Shown here one piece after another: positions 21,322-31,581 of a stretch of DNA of 64,000 nucleotides. Source of the DNA: Spirochaetia bacterium (GTDB lineage: Bacteria; Spirochaetota; Spirochaetia; UBA9216); NCBI GenBank assembly GCA_963675665.1, contig OY776510.1, positions 1,728,001 to 1,792,000 of the forward strand, written 5' to 3'. Every line of letters begins with the position of its first letter. Position 1 is the first letter of the stretch. The notes under the pieces were generated by a model, which was not told the origin of the DNA, ran no database searches, and worked only from the letters and a program-made list of their open reading frames with translations. A program made the translations under genes and the position numbers.

Positions 21322-22797
21322 ATGGAGACAGGTATGAAATTGGTAAAACTATCAAAAGATCTGCTTAATGAATTGGATAATAATGTTGAAATACCTCATT
21401 ATTCTCTGGAAACCAAGGCTAATATTATACTTCATCTGGGAGTCGGGAACTTTCACAGGTCTCACCAGGCTTATTACCTGAACAAAATGCTGCAGACGAA
21501 TTCCGTTGAATGGAGTATTTGCGGAGCCGGACTTCTACCGCAGGATAAAAAAATGAAAGTAGCCCTAAAAGCGCAGAATTTTCTATATACCCTTGTCACA
21601 CAGGAATTGAGAGAAGAAAATGTAACTGTAATTGGTTCGATAAGGGATTTTATTCATATTCCTTCTGAATTTGATAAATTTAAGGAAGTCTGTATTAGTG
21701 AGAATCTTAAAATAGTCTCTTTAACAATTACGGAAAAGGGGTATTGTTTTGATAACAATATGAATCTGGATTTAGATAATGAAAGTATAAAACATGATTT
21801 GTTCCGGATGGATGAAATCTCTATAAGTGCTATTGGAGTTCTGGCCTCTGGCCTAAAACAGAGAATGCTGAACGGCTCTGCTCCAGTTACGGTTATGTCC
21901 TGCGATAATATCCCTGAGAACGGATCTGTTTTAAAGAGAATACTTTTTCAGTATGTTGAGCAATTAAACGATAAGGAACTGCTTGATTATTTAAACCGAT
22001 CTGTTTCATTTCCCTGCACGATGGTGGACAGGATTACGCCTACAACAACCGAAGAGAAAAAAAACTATCTTGAATCACAATATGGCATCAAGGATGCCGT
22101 TCCCGTTTTTTCCGAGAAGTTTGTTCAATGGGTTATAGAGGATGATTTTAAATCTGGACGACCCGATTGGGAAATGGCCGGAGTCACTTTTGTGGATGAT
22201 GTTAGACCTTTTGAGTTGATGAAGATTCGCCTGCTTAACGGCGGGCATTCTGCTTTATCTTACCTTTCTCTTCTTGCCGGACACTATTATGTTGATGATG
22301 CCATGAATGATGAGTATATCAGGAATTTTGTCTTCAGTTATATGAATGAGCTGAAAACAACTCTTAATTCAATCGAAGCCGTGGATTATGATGAATATAT
22401 TCAGAATTTATTGCGAAGGTTTGCTAATCCTGCAGTCAGAGACAGGCTTCTCAGGCTTGCAGAAGATGGGTCTACCAAATTTTTAAATTGTACCATTGGT
22501 CCGCTTCTTACACTTCTTGAAAGAGGTGAACGAGTTCCAAATATCACCATAGCTCTCGCAGCATGGATAGTATACCTTCATCGATCGGTCGGTAACAAGG
22601 ATTTTGAAGTCAAGGATCCGATTGCAGCAAAATTGCAAAAGGCTGCAATTGATTCACAGGCAAATATTTCCGAATTTCTGGCGATTCAGGAGGTGTTTCC
22701 AAAAGAGATATTTCAATATGTAGATTTTATTGACCAATTAAGGAATATGATCGGGAAAATAAATGAAGAAGGAATAAAAAAAATCTTCGGAAATTGA
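21322..22797 (+). CDS. Mannitol dehydrogenase family (long-chain polyol/uronate oxidoreductase)
   Basis: HLGVGNFHRSHQA, SLTITEKGY, SCDNIPENG, FPCTMVDRITP, KIRLLNGGHS. Confidence 0.93.
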   Translation: METGMKLVKLSKDLLNELDNNVEIPHYSLETKANIILHLGVGNFHRSHQAYYLNKMLQTNSVEWSICGAGLLPQDKKMKVALKAQNFLYTLVTQELREENVTVIGSIRDFIHIPSEFDKFKEVCISENLKIVSLTITEKGYCFDNNMNLDLDNESIKHDLFRMDEISISAIGVLASGLKQRMLNGSAPVTVMSCDNIPENGSVLKRILFQYVEQLNDKELLDYLNRSVSFPCTMVDRITPTTTEEKKNYLESQYGIKDAVPVFSEKFVQWVIEDDFKSGRPDWEMAGVTFVDDVRPFELMKIRLLNGGHSALSYLSLLAGHYYVDDAMNDEYIRNFVFSYMNELKTTLNSIEAVDYDEYIQNLLRRFANPAVRDRLLRLAEDGSTKFLNCTIGPLLTLLERGERVPNITIALAAWIVYLHRSVGNKDFEVKDPIAAKLQKAAIDSQANISEFLAIQEVFPKEIFQYVDFIDQLRNMIGKINEEGIKKIFGN

Positions 22798-22872
22798 ATT
22801 GCTATAAAATTCCGGTACAACCGGTTTTAAGGTTTCACTGGTATTCTTAATATTTTTTTGTGATCGCAAAGA

Positions 22873-22889
22873 ACTTTACAATGCAAAGT
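22873..22889. promoter_or_regulatory. Palindromic operator ACTTT-N7-AAAGT
   Basis: ACTTTACAATGCAAAGT; the same pattern recurs at 23913. Confidence 0.55.
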
Positions 22890-22910
22890 AAAAGTGATAG
22901 AATCAACTGG

Positions 22911-23513
22911 ATGGATATAGAAAAAGCAGTGGATCAGATTTCTGAAATTCACAAACATCTCGCAAAATCCGAAATTTTTTACGGATATAAACCCGGAGCG
23001 CTTTTTGCTGTAGGTATTGTTGCATTTTTGGTTGCTGCTCTGCAAACCTGGCTGATTGTCCCGGTCAATGAAATAGTCTTTTTGCTGCAATGGATGATTG
23101 TTGCCGGAATAATCATAATAATAATGGGCGGCAATATTACTTATAACTACCTGAAAAGCGGCAGCAACTTTGAAATACATCAGATGACAAAGGTTTTTCT
23201 TCAATTTGTACCAAGTTTGGCCGGAGGTTTTATAATAACTGCCGTGATGCTGTCATTACAGAATCCCGCGATCGAATTTCTTCCCGGAATCTGGGCTATT
23301 TTGTTCAGTCTCGGTATTTTCTCAATGCGGCCGTATCTTCCGCGTATTATTGGTTTTGTTTCACTGTTTTACCTTCTTGCGGGTGCGGTATTACTGAGCC
23401 TGGTAAAAATTGATCTTGGTTTTTCGCCCTGGGGACTTGGTCTGACTTTCGGCATAGGACACCTTTTTACAGCACTGGTTCTTTATCTGGATATTGAAAG
23501 GATTGTAAAATGA
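22911..23513 (+). CDS. Hypothetical integral membrane protein (about 6 TM), first gene of the wHTH-dxr cluster
   Basis: MDIEKAVDQISEIHKHL start followed by hydrophobic segments; stop overlaps the next ATG. Confidence 0.7.
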   Translation: MDIEKAVDQISEIHKHLAKSEIFYGYKPGALFAVGIVAFLVAALQTWLIVPVNEIVFLLQWMIVAGIIIIIMGGNITYNYLKSGSNFEIHQMTKVFLQFVPSLAGGFIITAVMLSLQNPAIEFLPGIWAILFSLGIFSMRPYLPRIIGFVSLFYLLAGAVLLSLVKIDLGFSPWGLGLTFGIGHLFTALVLYLDIERIVK

Positions 23514-23890
23514 AAAACTCTGATAATGGCGGCGGCCGGTTCGCGTATGAGGGGCTCGACAGGCTTATGCATGAAAAGGCCCGTTTAAGCATTATGACAT
23601 CGCTGTATACAAAAAGAGACGGCCATAATTTCAATGAACTGAAAAAACTGTGTACACTTACCGATGGGAATCTCAGCCGGCACATCAGTATTCTTAAAGA
23701 TGCCGGGCTTATAAAAGTAATTAAGGGATACGAAAAGAATAAACCCAATACAATCTGCCGGTTAACTGAAGAGGGGAGAAACAGGTTCCGGGAATATTTG
23801 AGCGAGCTTGAAAGAATCATAAAGGATGTTTCGGCTGCAGGAAGATATTCCGAGGCTGTAAACGAGCAGCATGGTATTTCGTCGGCATAG
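23510..23890 (+). CDS. Winged-helix (ArsR/MarR-like) transcriptional regulator
   Basis: LDRLMHEKARLSIM...FNELKKLCTLTDGNLSRHISILKDAGLI...LTEEGR. Confidence 0.88.
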   Translation: MKNSDNGGGRFAYEGLDRLMHEKARLSIMTSLYTKRDGHNFNELKKLCTLTDGNLSRHISILKDAGLIKVIKGYEKNKPNTICRLTEEGRNRFREYLSELERIIKDVSAAGRYSEAVNEQHGISSA

Positions 23891-23912
23891 GAGCATTATT
23901 TTTTATATACAA

Positions 23913-23946
23913 ACTTTATTGTTTAAAGTACGTTGTATTGCAAAGA
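23913..23946. promoter_or_regulatory. Tandem operators upstream of dxr
   Basis: ACTTTATTGTTTAAAGT (23913-23929) abutting ACGTTGTATTGCAAAGA (23930-23946). Confidence 0.5.
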
Positions 23947-23957
23947 TGGGAGATTTG

Positions 23958-25211
23958 ATGGAGAATATTTTTCCGGCTGATTGTGAAAAAAGCTATTCAC
24001 GCCATAATAATCATGGCGTATTTACTGTTGAAGATCACGGTTCTGCGTGTGTGGATACAGGTCCTGTATTTACTCTCAATTCCTCTGTTTATAAAAAAAA
24101 TAACAAGAGAAAAATTGCTCTTCTCGGGGCTACCGGCTCAGTAGGCGGGAGTACTTTAAAAGTAATTAGAGAACATTGTGATGAACTGGAACTTATCGGA
24201 ATCGCAGCAGGCAGCAGAGGTGAAGCACTGGATACAATTGCAAGAGAATTCAATGTGCGTAATACAGCGCTTTTCAGCCGCGACGGGTTTGAAGGACTGG
24301 AAAGGCTTGCAACACTGCCTGAAGCAGATATCGTTCTTGTGGCAACAACAGGCACCGTGGCCCTGAGAGCTGTACTGGCGGCGCTTGCCGCCGGCAAGGA
24401 TGTAGCTCTTGCGAATAAAGAGACAATGGTGGTGGGCGGGCATCTGGTAAAGGCAGCCGAGCGTTTATCGCCGGGCCGTGTATATCCGATTGACAGCGAG
24501 CATAATGCAATCTTTCAATGCCTGGAAGGCAACAGGGCGCACGGAAATGTTCAGCGATTGCTGCTGACGGCCTCCGGAGGAGCCTTCAGGGATATACCGG
24601 CAGAAAAACTTCAGGATGTTACTGTAGAGGATGCGCTCAGGCACCCCAATTGGTCAATGGGACCCAAGATTACCGTCGATTGTGCAACAATGGCCAACAA
24701 GGGGCTGGAAATAATTGAAGCCTGCAGACTTTTTGATATGTCTCCCGACCAGATTGAAGTTGTTATTCACCCGCAGAGTATTGTTCACAGCATGGTGGAA
24801 TTTTGTGATAATACAATTCTTGCCCAGATGTCGCTGCCGTCAATGACGTTTGCTATTCAGCATATTCTTTTGTATCCGGAACGCAAACCAGGCGTATATG
24901 AAGCAATTGATTTCACAAAGGCGTTGTCGCTGGATTTCAGTCCGCCGGACATGGACCGTTATCCCTGTCTGCGCCTGGCTCGTGAGGCTTTGATAACCGG
25001 AGAAGCATTTCCCATGGTTTATAATACAGCAAATGAGGCTGCGGTTAATGCATTTCTGAACAGGAAGCTTCCGTTTTCTGCAATTCCCGGGATAATTGAA
25101 GATACGCTTGAATCTTTTACAGGGGAATTACCGAATAATGTAGAGGACCTGTTTGAAGCTGAAAAAGAGGTATACGTCAAGGTTAAAAGTATTATATGCA
25201 ATTATACCTGA
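23958..25211 (+). CDS. dxr: 1-deoxy-D-xylulose 5-phosphate reductoisomerase; start uncertain, apparent N-terminal extension
   Basis: LLGATGSVG, LANKE, PIDSEHNAIFQCL, LTASGG, HPNWSMGPKITVDCATMANKGLEIIEA, IHPQSIVHSMV, NTANE. Confidence 0.93.
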   Translation: MENIFPADCEKSYSRHNNHGVFTVEDHGSACVDTGPVFTLNSSVYKKNNKRKIALLGATGSVGGSTLKVIREHCDELELIGIAAGSRGEALDTIAREFNVRNTALFSRDGFEGLERLATLPEADIVLVATTGTVALRAVLAALAAGKDVALANKETMVVGGHLVKAAERLSPGRVYPIDSEHNAIFQCLEGNRAHGNVQRLLLTASGGAFRDIPAEKLQDVTVEDALRHPNWSMGPKITVDCATMANKGLEIIEACRLFDMSPDQIEVVIHPQSIVHSMVEFCDNTILAQMSLPSMTFAIQHILLYPERKPGVYEAIDFTKALSLDFSPPDMDRYPCLRLAREALITGEAFPMVYNTANEAAVNAFLNRKLPFSAIPGIIEDTLESFTGELPNNVEDLFEAEKEVYVKVKSIICNYT

Positions 25212-26359
25212 TGTTTATTACTGAACATATTCTTTGCTATAATAACTTTCTGAATCTCGTTAGTCCCTTCGTAGATTTGACACAGCTTTGCATCCCGCAT
25301 CATTTTTTCAACAGGATGCTCTTTTGAATATCCTTCGCCGCCCATCACCTGGACAGCATCCTCTGTAATCTTCATCGCCTTGTCGGTTGCGTAATACTTT
25401 GCCATTGCGGAAAGCATTGCCTGATTATCAGTATTATGGTCCACTGCAGAGGCGGCATTCCATATTAGAAGCCTTGAAGCTTCGATCCCGGTCAGCATTT
25501 CGGCAAGTTTGAATGAGATGCCCTGGTTTTCGGTTACAGGTTTGCCGAATTGTATTCGGCTATGGGCCCATTGTGAAGCGTATTCCCAGGAGGCGCGGGC
25601 ATTGCCCAGGGCAAGAGCTGCTATGGAGATACGTGTTCTGTTAAAAGTCTCCATTGCAGTTCTGAAACCGATGCCTTCGGAACCAATTAAAAAATCAACG
25701 GGAACCTCTGCATTTGTATATTCTATTTCATTTTGAACAGCCGCGCGTTGTCCCATCTTTTCCATCCGGCTGATGATTTTTATGCCCGGAGTGTCGGTCG
25801 GTAAAAAGAACGCGCTGATGCCTCGGGCTCCCTGTTGCGGATCTGTTTTTGCAAAGACTGTATGAAACCCGGCGATTTCTCCGTTAGTTATGAATCTTTT
25901 TCGGCCGTTGAGAATGTATGAACTGCCTTTCCTTATTGCTGTTGATTTAAGCCCGCTGATATCGGAACCGGCGTCAGGCTCTGTCAGGCAGAAGGCCCCG
26001 ATTAACCGGTTTTCAATAATATTTCTGAAAAGCCTTTTTTTCTGTTGTTCTCCGCCTGAAAGCAGAACGGGAAGCAATGCAAGCATGTGGGTATCTATTG
26101 TTATTCCCATACCGACGCATCCTGCGCCAAGTTCTTCGGAGCCTATAGCGGACTGAACGAAAGTTAAGCCGCCCCCGCCGTATTCCTTCGGCAGCGGTCC
26201 GTTAAATATTCCTGAATCCCATGCCCTTGACATTACTTCATAGGGAAATGTGCCTTCCCGGTCATGAAGCATTCTTGACGGTATAATATATTTATCTGAG
26301 AAAGCCCTGAATTTATTTTTGACTTCAAGCTGTGCATCCGAGAAAGAGAGATTTATCAT
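25202..26359 (-). CDS. Acyl-CoA dehydrogenase
   Basis: AFCLTEPDAGSD, LNGRKRFITNG, RIQFGKP, GGEGYSKEHPVEKMMRDAKLCQIYEGTNEIQ. Confidence 0.95.
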   Translation of the reverse strand: MINLSFSDAQLEVKNKFRAFSDKYIIPSRMLHDREGTFPYEVMSRAWDSGIFNGPLPKEYGGGGLTFVQSAIGSEELGAGCVGMGITIDTHMLALLPVLLSGGEQQKKRLFRNIIENRLIGAFCLTEPDAGSDISGLKSTAIRKGSSYILNGRKRFITNGEIAGFHTVFAKTDPQQGARGISAFFLPTDTPGIKIISRMEKMGQRAAVQNEIEYTNAEVPVDFLIGSEGIGFRTAMETFNRTRISIAALALGNARASWEYASQWAHSRIQFGKPVTENQGISFKLAEMLTGIEASRLLIWNAASAVDHNTDNQAMLSAMAKYYATDKAMKITEDAVQVMGGEGYSKEHPVEKMMRDAKLCQIYEGTNEIQKVIIAKNMFSNKHQV

Positions 26360-26366
26360 GTCCGGG

Positions 26367-26948
26367 TTATTCCTTTTTTTTGCCTCTGAATTTATTTCCG
26401 GACAACAGCATGCTGTCGCCGCCTTTTATAAGGGAAAAGATGCCGGTTACCAGAAGAAAAATACCGAACGCAAGAAGTGTGAATTTTATTAGCGTAATAA
26501 TATTCAGGACTGAAGCTGCCGCCGGATACTCCGAAGGCAGCAGCCTGTATAAAACAACGAGTATTAAATTCTCAACATAATCAAATAAAGCGGCTGAAAA
26601 CGGAATTGCCAGTATCCAGCGGTAATTATCAATTTCAGTATATTTTTTCCGGTAAATCATGCTGCATAAAACAGACAGCCCGAATGCGTATGCGGCGGGA
26701 AAAATAAAGTCGAGCATTCGTATCAGGAAATAAACATCTGCAGCATTTCCAAAACTGTGCAGTCTTTCATACGCAAAATCAGCTGTAAACCATACTGACA
26801 TATCCAGCAGGGTGCCGCCGGTAGCATCGACAAAGCGGGGAAGCATTGCATTAAAGCCTGTTTCTATTGCAATGATGAGTACGGCAAAAATCAGCACTGT
26901 GCTCAGTCGTGTAATTCGTGAAATGAAATTGGTAAGGTGCCTAATCAT
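26367..26948 (-). CDS. Hypothetical membrane protein
   Basis: Four hydrophobic segments with LDFIFPAAY and ALFDYVEN motifs; lies directly upstream of the acyl-CoA dehydrogenase on the same strand. Confidence 0.7.
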   Translation of the reverse strand: MIRHLTNFISRITRLSTVLIFAVLIIAIETGFNAMLPRFVDATGGTLLDMSVWFTADFAYERLHSFGNAADVYFLIRMLDFIFPAAYAFGLSVLCSMIYRKKYTEIDNYRWILAIPFSAALFDYVENLILVVLYRLLPSEYPAAASVLNIITLIKFTLLAFGIFLLVTGIFSLIKGGDSMLLSGNKFRGKKKE

Positions 26949-27124
26949 GATTTTATTTTAATAATTGAATGCTCTTCAATCAATATGTTAAACCTGTAAT
27001 ACTGATTTCTTTGCAGGCCAATTAAAAGTTGAAGTTGATAGTCGTTATTGTGTTATTTGTGCGTGGTATTGCACAAATGACCATTGTGGGTTACTATCCA
27101 TAAAAATAATTAGCTGGAGGTTAC

Positions 27125-29194
27125 ATGGAGGTTAGATTTGCTTTATATGCTGTGCTGGGAGGAAGTATTATTGCCCTTTTTTATGCATTGGTTAGAGCAC
27201 GCTGGATATTCAGGCAGGAAGTGAAGGACAAAAGATTGAGGCAGATTGGAGGTTATGTCTCGGAAGGCGCAATGGCCTTTCTAAGCAGGGAGTATAAGAT
27301 CCTCGTTCCGTTTGTTATTTTAATAGCAGCTTTTCTTGCAATCGGAAACCGGGGAGCAATAAAACTGCAGTCGATCTCATTCATACTGGGTGCAGTCAGT
27401 TCTGCTTTGTCGGGATTCATCGGAATGAAAGTTGCAACAGCAGCCAACTCCAGAACAACACAGGCAGCTTCCGACAAGGGTTTAAACGGGGCGCTAAAGG
27501 TTGCATTTTCAGGCGGCAGCGTAATGGGAATGAGCGTGGTCGGGTTGGCGCTTCTTGGCGTTTTTATTGTTCTTGCTGTAACAACAAGCCTTTTCGGGCA
27601 TTCAAGCGAGACACTTGCAGATACTATTCTGCCTATTATTACGGGGTTCTCACTTGGTGCATCTTCAATTGCATTGTTCTCACGGGTCGGGGGCGGTATT
27701 TTTACAAAAGCAGCAGATGTCGGAGCAGATCTTGTCGGGAAAGTAGAAGCTGGTATTCCGGAAGATGATCCGCGAAATCCCGCTACAATTGCTGATAACG
27801 TAGGTGATAACGTGGGAGACGTGGCCGGAATGGGAGCGGACCTCTTTGAATCTTTTGTAGGTTCAATTGCCGGAGCCATGATTCTGGGTCTTACCGTAAG
27901 CGCTTCTGAAGAAATAAAAATTAAGCTGATGCTTCTTCCGTTGCTGCTCGTTACTATCGGGGTGGTTGCGTCACTGATAGGTACTTTCTTTGTACGAACC
28001 AAACCCGGAAGTAATCCGCAGAAAGCGCTTAATGCCGGTACGTTCGGAGCCGGTGCCATAGCAGCAGTATTTGTATTTGTTTTGTTGAGATTTTATATCG
28101 GTAGTTCCGTTTTTAATAACGGGGCAGGAATGTATCATATATTCGGTGCAAGCGTAATCGGCCTAGTGTCGGGCGTCGTTATTGGATTGATGACCGAGTA
28201 TTTTACCGGAACTGATACGCGTCCCGTTACAGCAATAATGAAATCCTGTGAGACCGGTGCCGCGACTACGCTGATAACCGGCATGGGTGTAGGAATGCTT
28301 AGTGCGTTTCCCGCCATAATAATAATTACTGTAGCCATATGGGGCAGTTTCGGTCTTGCCGGTTTATATGGAATAGGAATTGCGGCAGTCGGAATGCTGA
28401 TTACTCTAGGTATCCAGCTTTCTGTTGATGCATACGGTCCGATTGCGGACAACGCTGGGGGGCTTGCCGAAATGTCGGAGTTTCCTCCGGAGGTGCGGGA
28501 TATTACCGACAGTCTTGATGCTGTAGGGAATACGACAGCTGCAATCGGTAAGGGATTTGCAATAGGATCTGCAGCATTAACCGCTATTATCCTTTTCACA
28601 TCGTTCAGGGAGCAGTCCGGAACTGAGACTGTTGATCTGACAAGTGTGCCTGTACTGGCGGGACTGTTGATTGGCGCGGTTATCCCGTATCTTTTCTCAT
28701 CAATGGCAATGTCAGCGGTCGGACGTGCCGCCTACAAGATGATTGAGGAAGTCAGGCGGCAGTTTCGTGAAAACCCTGGCATACTGTTGGAAGATGAGAC
28801 TCCGGATTACAAGAAATGTGTTGATATCAGTACACAGGCAGCTTTGAAAGAGATGCTGCTTCCCGGGGTGGTTTCAGTCGTTACCCCTGTTATAGTCGGA
28901 TTTACCGGCGGACCTGAGATGCTTATCGGGCTGCTTACGGGCGTAACCGCATCCGGTGTTGTTCTTGCAATTTTTATGTCGAATGCCGGCGGGGCCTGGG
29001 ACAATGCCAAGAAGATGGTTGAAGCCGGAGGCAGCGGCGGTAAGGGGTCGGAAGCCCATAAAGCTGCCGTGGTTGGCGATACTGTCGGTGATCCGTTCAA
29101 GGATACCGCCGGACCGTCGATAAATATTTTGATAAAACTTATGTCCATGGTGTCGCTTGTTATTGCACCTATGTTAAAATCATTCTGGGGGTAA
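27125..29194 (+). CDS. hppA: Membrane-bound ion-translocating pyrophosphatase, K+-dependent (probably Na+-PPase)
   Basis: [45 protein letters not shown] (K+-dependent Ala), [11 protein letters not shown]. Confidence 0.96.
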   Translation: MEVRFALYAVLGGSIIALFYALVRARWIFRQEVKDKRLRQIGGYVSEGAMAFLSREYKILVPFVILIAAFLAIGNRGAIKLQSISFILGAVSSALSGFIGMKVATAANSRTTQAASDKGLNGALKVAFSGGSVMGMSVVGLALLGVFIVLAVTTSLFGHSSETLADTILPIITGFSLGASSIALFSRVGGGIFTKAADVGADLVGKVEAGIPEDDPRNPATIADNVGDNVGDVAGMGADLFESFVGSIAGAMILGLTVSASEEIKIKLMLLPLLLVTIGVVASLIGTFFVRTKPGSNPQKALNAGTFGAGAIAAVFVFVLLRFYIGSSVFNNGAGMYHIFGASVIGLVSGVVIGLMTEYFTGTDTRPVTAIMKSCETGAATTLITGMGVGMLSAFPAIIIITVAIWGSFGLAGLYGIGIAAVGMLITLGIQLSVDAYGPIADNAGGLAEMSEFPPEVRDITDSLDAVGNTTAAIGKGFAIGSAALTAIILFTSFREQSGTETVDLTSVPVLAGLLIGAVIPYLFSSMAMSAVGRAAYKMIEEVRRQFRENPGILLEDETPDYKKCVDISTQAALKEMLLPGVVSVVTPVIVGFTGGPEMLIGLLTGVTASGVVLAIFMSNAGGAWDNAKKMVEAGGSGGKGSEAHKAAVVGDTVGDPFKDTAGPSINILIKLMSMVSLVIAPMLKSFWG

Positions 29195-29197
29195 ACA

Positions 29198-29992
29198 ATG
29201 AAAGAATATAAATACGGCAATTATCTGTATATGATCTGTCATCCGAATCCGGCGCTTGTAGCATCACAGAGCGAACCCGAGAAGTTTGCCAGGCATTACA
29301 GCGCGGGTTCTACAAGGTATTATGACGGAAAAGTTCTGTTTGCCGAGCTGGATATTAATTTCAGGAATCCTTATTTTGATATAGAGCGCGGCCTTGAGCA
29401 GCTTGTTCCGCATGAGGACGGCCGGCCGAAAGCTACCAAGTTTATTTCAACATACCGGGTTCTGGAGCATGTAGATTTCGACAGCATAAAGAAGCTGTAT
29501 ATGGCTAATCCCGACGGATCCTGTTACGGGCTTGACCCTGTAGAATATGACAAGCAGCATAAACCTGACTTTTTAAGAATCTTTGCCGAAATAACACCGC
29601 TTAAAATGCTTGTGCTGTCCAGTTATGATTTCAGCCAGTACGGAAAATGGATAACTGATCCGTCAAACCCGAAGGGCGCCCCGAAGGTTCTTTATACCCA
29701 GTTTGATTTGACGATTGATGATTTTCTGGCTGATTTTGAAGCCAATCCTCTAATGCCTCCGCCGCTGCCTAGTATTCACCCTTCAAAACTTCGCGACGCT
29801 ATTTATGAGCTTAAAAGTGTTAAGGAGAAGGGTACCAAGGGGTTGAGTCTGGATATTTCCTTCAACAGAAAATCGTTCCGCCTGGTACGTCATGGGTTTA
29901 TGTTTGCTTCGCCTGAGAAGGAATTGTTTTTCCCGATGCCGTCTCTGGATAAAATTGAAAAAGATAACTATAAATTCTGGCGCAGTATGTGA
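29198..29992 (+). CDS. Hypothetical soluble protein directly downstream of hppA
   Basis: 264-aa ORF starting 3 nt after the hppA stop; no motif recognised. Confidence 0.75.
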   Translation: MKEYKYGNYLYMICHPNPALVASQSEPEKFARHYSAGSTRYYDGKVLFAELDINFRNPYFDIERGLEQLVPHEDGRPKATKFISTYRVLEHVDFDSIKKLYMANPDGSCYGLDPVEYDKQHKPDFLRIFAEITPLKMLVLSSYDFSQYGKWITDPSNPKGAPKVLYTQFDLTIDDFLADFEANPLMPPPLPSIHPSKLRDAIYELKSVKEKGTKGLSLDISFNRKSFRLVRHGFMFASPEKELFFPMPSLDKIEKDNYKFWRSM

Positions 29993-30107
29993 TATTATAT
30001 AAGCAGGAATGATAAAAGTTACTTTAACATTCTAAAGTTTGCAGGCAGTGCTCTGCAAGCTCTACAATTCTATTCCGTCCAACGAACGGGAAAATGAAGG
30101 AGAAAGA

Positions 30108-30356
30108 ATGGCAAGAAATCAGGTAAGTCTGTTGTTGGGAATTATTTTGCTTGCTGCTGGAATTGCGGCGGCTGCGTACGGATTCTATATGTATACGAAT
30201 CTGCAGAATTCGGTAATGAACACACTGGAGAAGGCTTTTGTCGGTAGCACCGAAGGCGAAACACAGGCTTTTATCTTTATTGCTGCAGGCGCTGTAGCGG
30301 CAGTACTTGGTATTGTCTTTCTCGCGGGAAAAAAGAAAAAGCGACGCAGACGCTGA
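30108..30356 (+). CDS. Small two-TM membrane protein with basic tail
   Basis: AAGGAG RBS; MARNQVSLLLGIILLAAG...GKKKKRRRR. Confidence 0.7.
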   Translation: MARNQVSLLLGIILLAAGIAAAAYGFYMYTNLQNSVMNTLEKAFVGSTEGETQAFIFIAAGAVAAVLGIVFLAGKKKKRRRR

Positions 30357-30357
30357 A

Positions 30358-30954
30358 ATGTTAAGCTGGCGTTTAAAACTGCTGCTGATTATTACATTAT
30401 TTATGCCGATCCTGGTCTTTGCCCAGGACGGAGGCGACACTTCCGTTGAGCCCGGACCCGGCGATTCGCAAATCGGCGATTCTCAAATTGCAGAAGAGGC
30501 TGATGAAAAAGTTGACGGTGAAGGGTTTACGGTAAGTATTGATTTCCGGACCGGTGTTGATGTAATCGGCATAATCCCCGGTATTCCGGCTGTTGTCGGG
30601 GTGCCGATGTCCATCAGTTCGGATTCTGTTACAATTGTTCCTCATTTCGGTTTTATTTACTATTTTGATGTATGGTCCGATTTACATAATCCCTACTATA
30701 TTCCGTTGGGCATAAGCTGTCTTTATAATCCGTTGGCGGTGGGCGGCGACGTGACATACTACACACCGGTGGGGGGAACAAATACCACCCAAATGCTTTA
30801 CGCTTCTGTTATTTCAGAGTTGAATATCCTGAAGAAAGAAAGATTCAGCCTTAATTTCGAGGTAAAATTCGGGCCGATGTTTATCTTCGATCCGACCGGA
30901 ACCAGGGTGCAGATTATGGTAGAGACAGTTTTTATTCCGCGATATAAACTGTAA
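30358..30954 (+). CDS. Secreted hypothetical protein, possibly an outer-membrane beta-barrel
   Basis: Signal peptide ending VFAQ; alternating hydrophobic strands; C-terminal PRYKL. Confidence 0.55.
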   Translation: MLSWRLKLLLIITLFMPILVFAQDGGDTSVEPGPGDSQIGDSQIAEEADEKVDGEGFTVSIDFRTGVDVIGIIPGIPAVVGVPMSISSDSVTIVPHFGFIYYFDVWSDLHNPYYIPLGISCLYNPLAVGGDVTYYTPVGGTNTTQMLYASVISELNILKKERFSLNFEVKFGPMFIFDPTGTRVQIMVETVFIPRYKL

Positions 30955-31015
30955 AAACAGTTGACTAAAATCTTAAAATAATCTAAATTACCCAAGCATA
31001 AATAATTATGATTAT

Positions 31016-31099
31016 GCAGCAGTGGTGGAATTGGTAGACACGCTAGCTTGAGGGGCTAGTGGGCATTCGCTCGTGGAGGTTCAAGTCCTCTTTGCTGCA
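31016..31099 (+). tRNA. tRNA-Leu (anticodon GAG), CCA not encoded
   Basis: GCAGCAG acceptor pairing with TTGCTGC, D-arm GTGGAATTGGTAGACAC, anticodon arm CTAGC-TTGAGGG-GCTAG, long variable arm, GGTTCAAGTCC T-arm. Confidence 0.96.
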
Positions 31100-31111
31100 A
31101 ACTTAAATAAT

Positions 31112-31144
31112 GAGGTTGGTCTTTTAAAGATTGACCTCTTTTTT
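31112..31144 (+). terminator. Intrinsic terminator after tRNA-Leu
   Basis: GAGGTTGGTCTT-TT-AAAGATTGACCTC followed by TTTTTT. Confidence 0.7.
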
Positions 31145-31248
31145 GATTCGGATGAAGGTTTGAACCGGAGTGTATGCTGGACGAAAGCGTTATTCCTTGA
31201 AGATCAAACGTACACCGACCAGAAGTCAGGTTCCCGGGGAACCTGATC

Positions 31249-31581
31249 TCATATAACAATCTCGCACTTCGTTTTTTCAGATCTGTTTTTCCGATTTAAT
31301 ATCTTGCGTGTCATGCAGACGATCCAGTTCCAGTGAAGGATAAAATGTCCGAGCACTCCCGCAGCCATCACGATGCTGCTGATGCTGTGCAGATCCTTGA
31401 TAACCCAGCGATCCATTCCGAGTATGCTTGCTGTGAAATGGATGTTTCTTCCACCCTGAAAGCCGCTGCCGGACGGCAGGAACAGCAGCAGAATACCGCT
31501 TAGAACAGACAGTAGAAAAGCTGCGCCTGTTGCTATATCGATTATATAGTTGATTGTTGATCGATTTAAACCTTTATTCAT
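31249..31581 (-). CDS. DUF4405-like (cytochrome b-like) small membrane protein
   Basis: SVLSGILL...KDLHSISS...GHFILHWNWI with conserved-looking His residues. Confidence 0.75.
   Translation of the reverse strand: MNKGLNRSTINYIIDIATGAAFLLSVLSGILLLFLPSGSGFQGGRNIHFTASILGMDRWVIKDLHSISSIVMAAGVLGHFILHWNWIVCMTRKILNRKNRSEKTKCEIVI

Noticed and set aside
25202-25211. Convergent 3' overlaps (dxr/acyl-CoA dehydrogenase; also msrBA/fucU at 41387-41390)
   Set aside because: Short overlaps of convergent stop regions are common and carry no further signal.
27253-29220. Long antisense ORFs opposite hppA (and similar shadows opposite the ABC, TRAP, IS66 and AOR genes)
   Set aside because: They fully overlap well-supported genes and are explained by codon bias; no RBS or motifs.
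31016-31250. tRNA-Leu as an integration site for a genomic island
   Set aside because: I found no duplicated tRNA 3' end and no integrase in the window; the tRNA is followed directly by its terminator.
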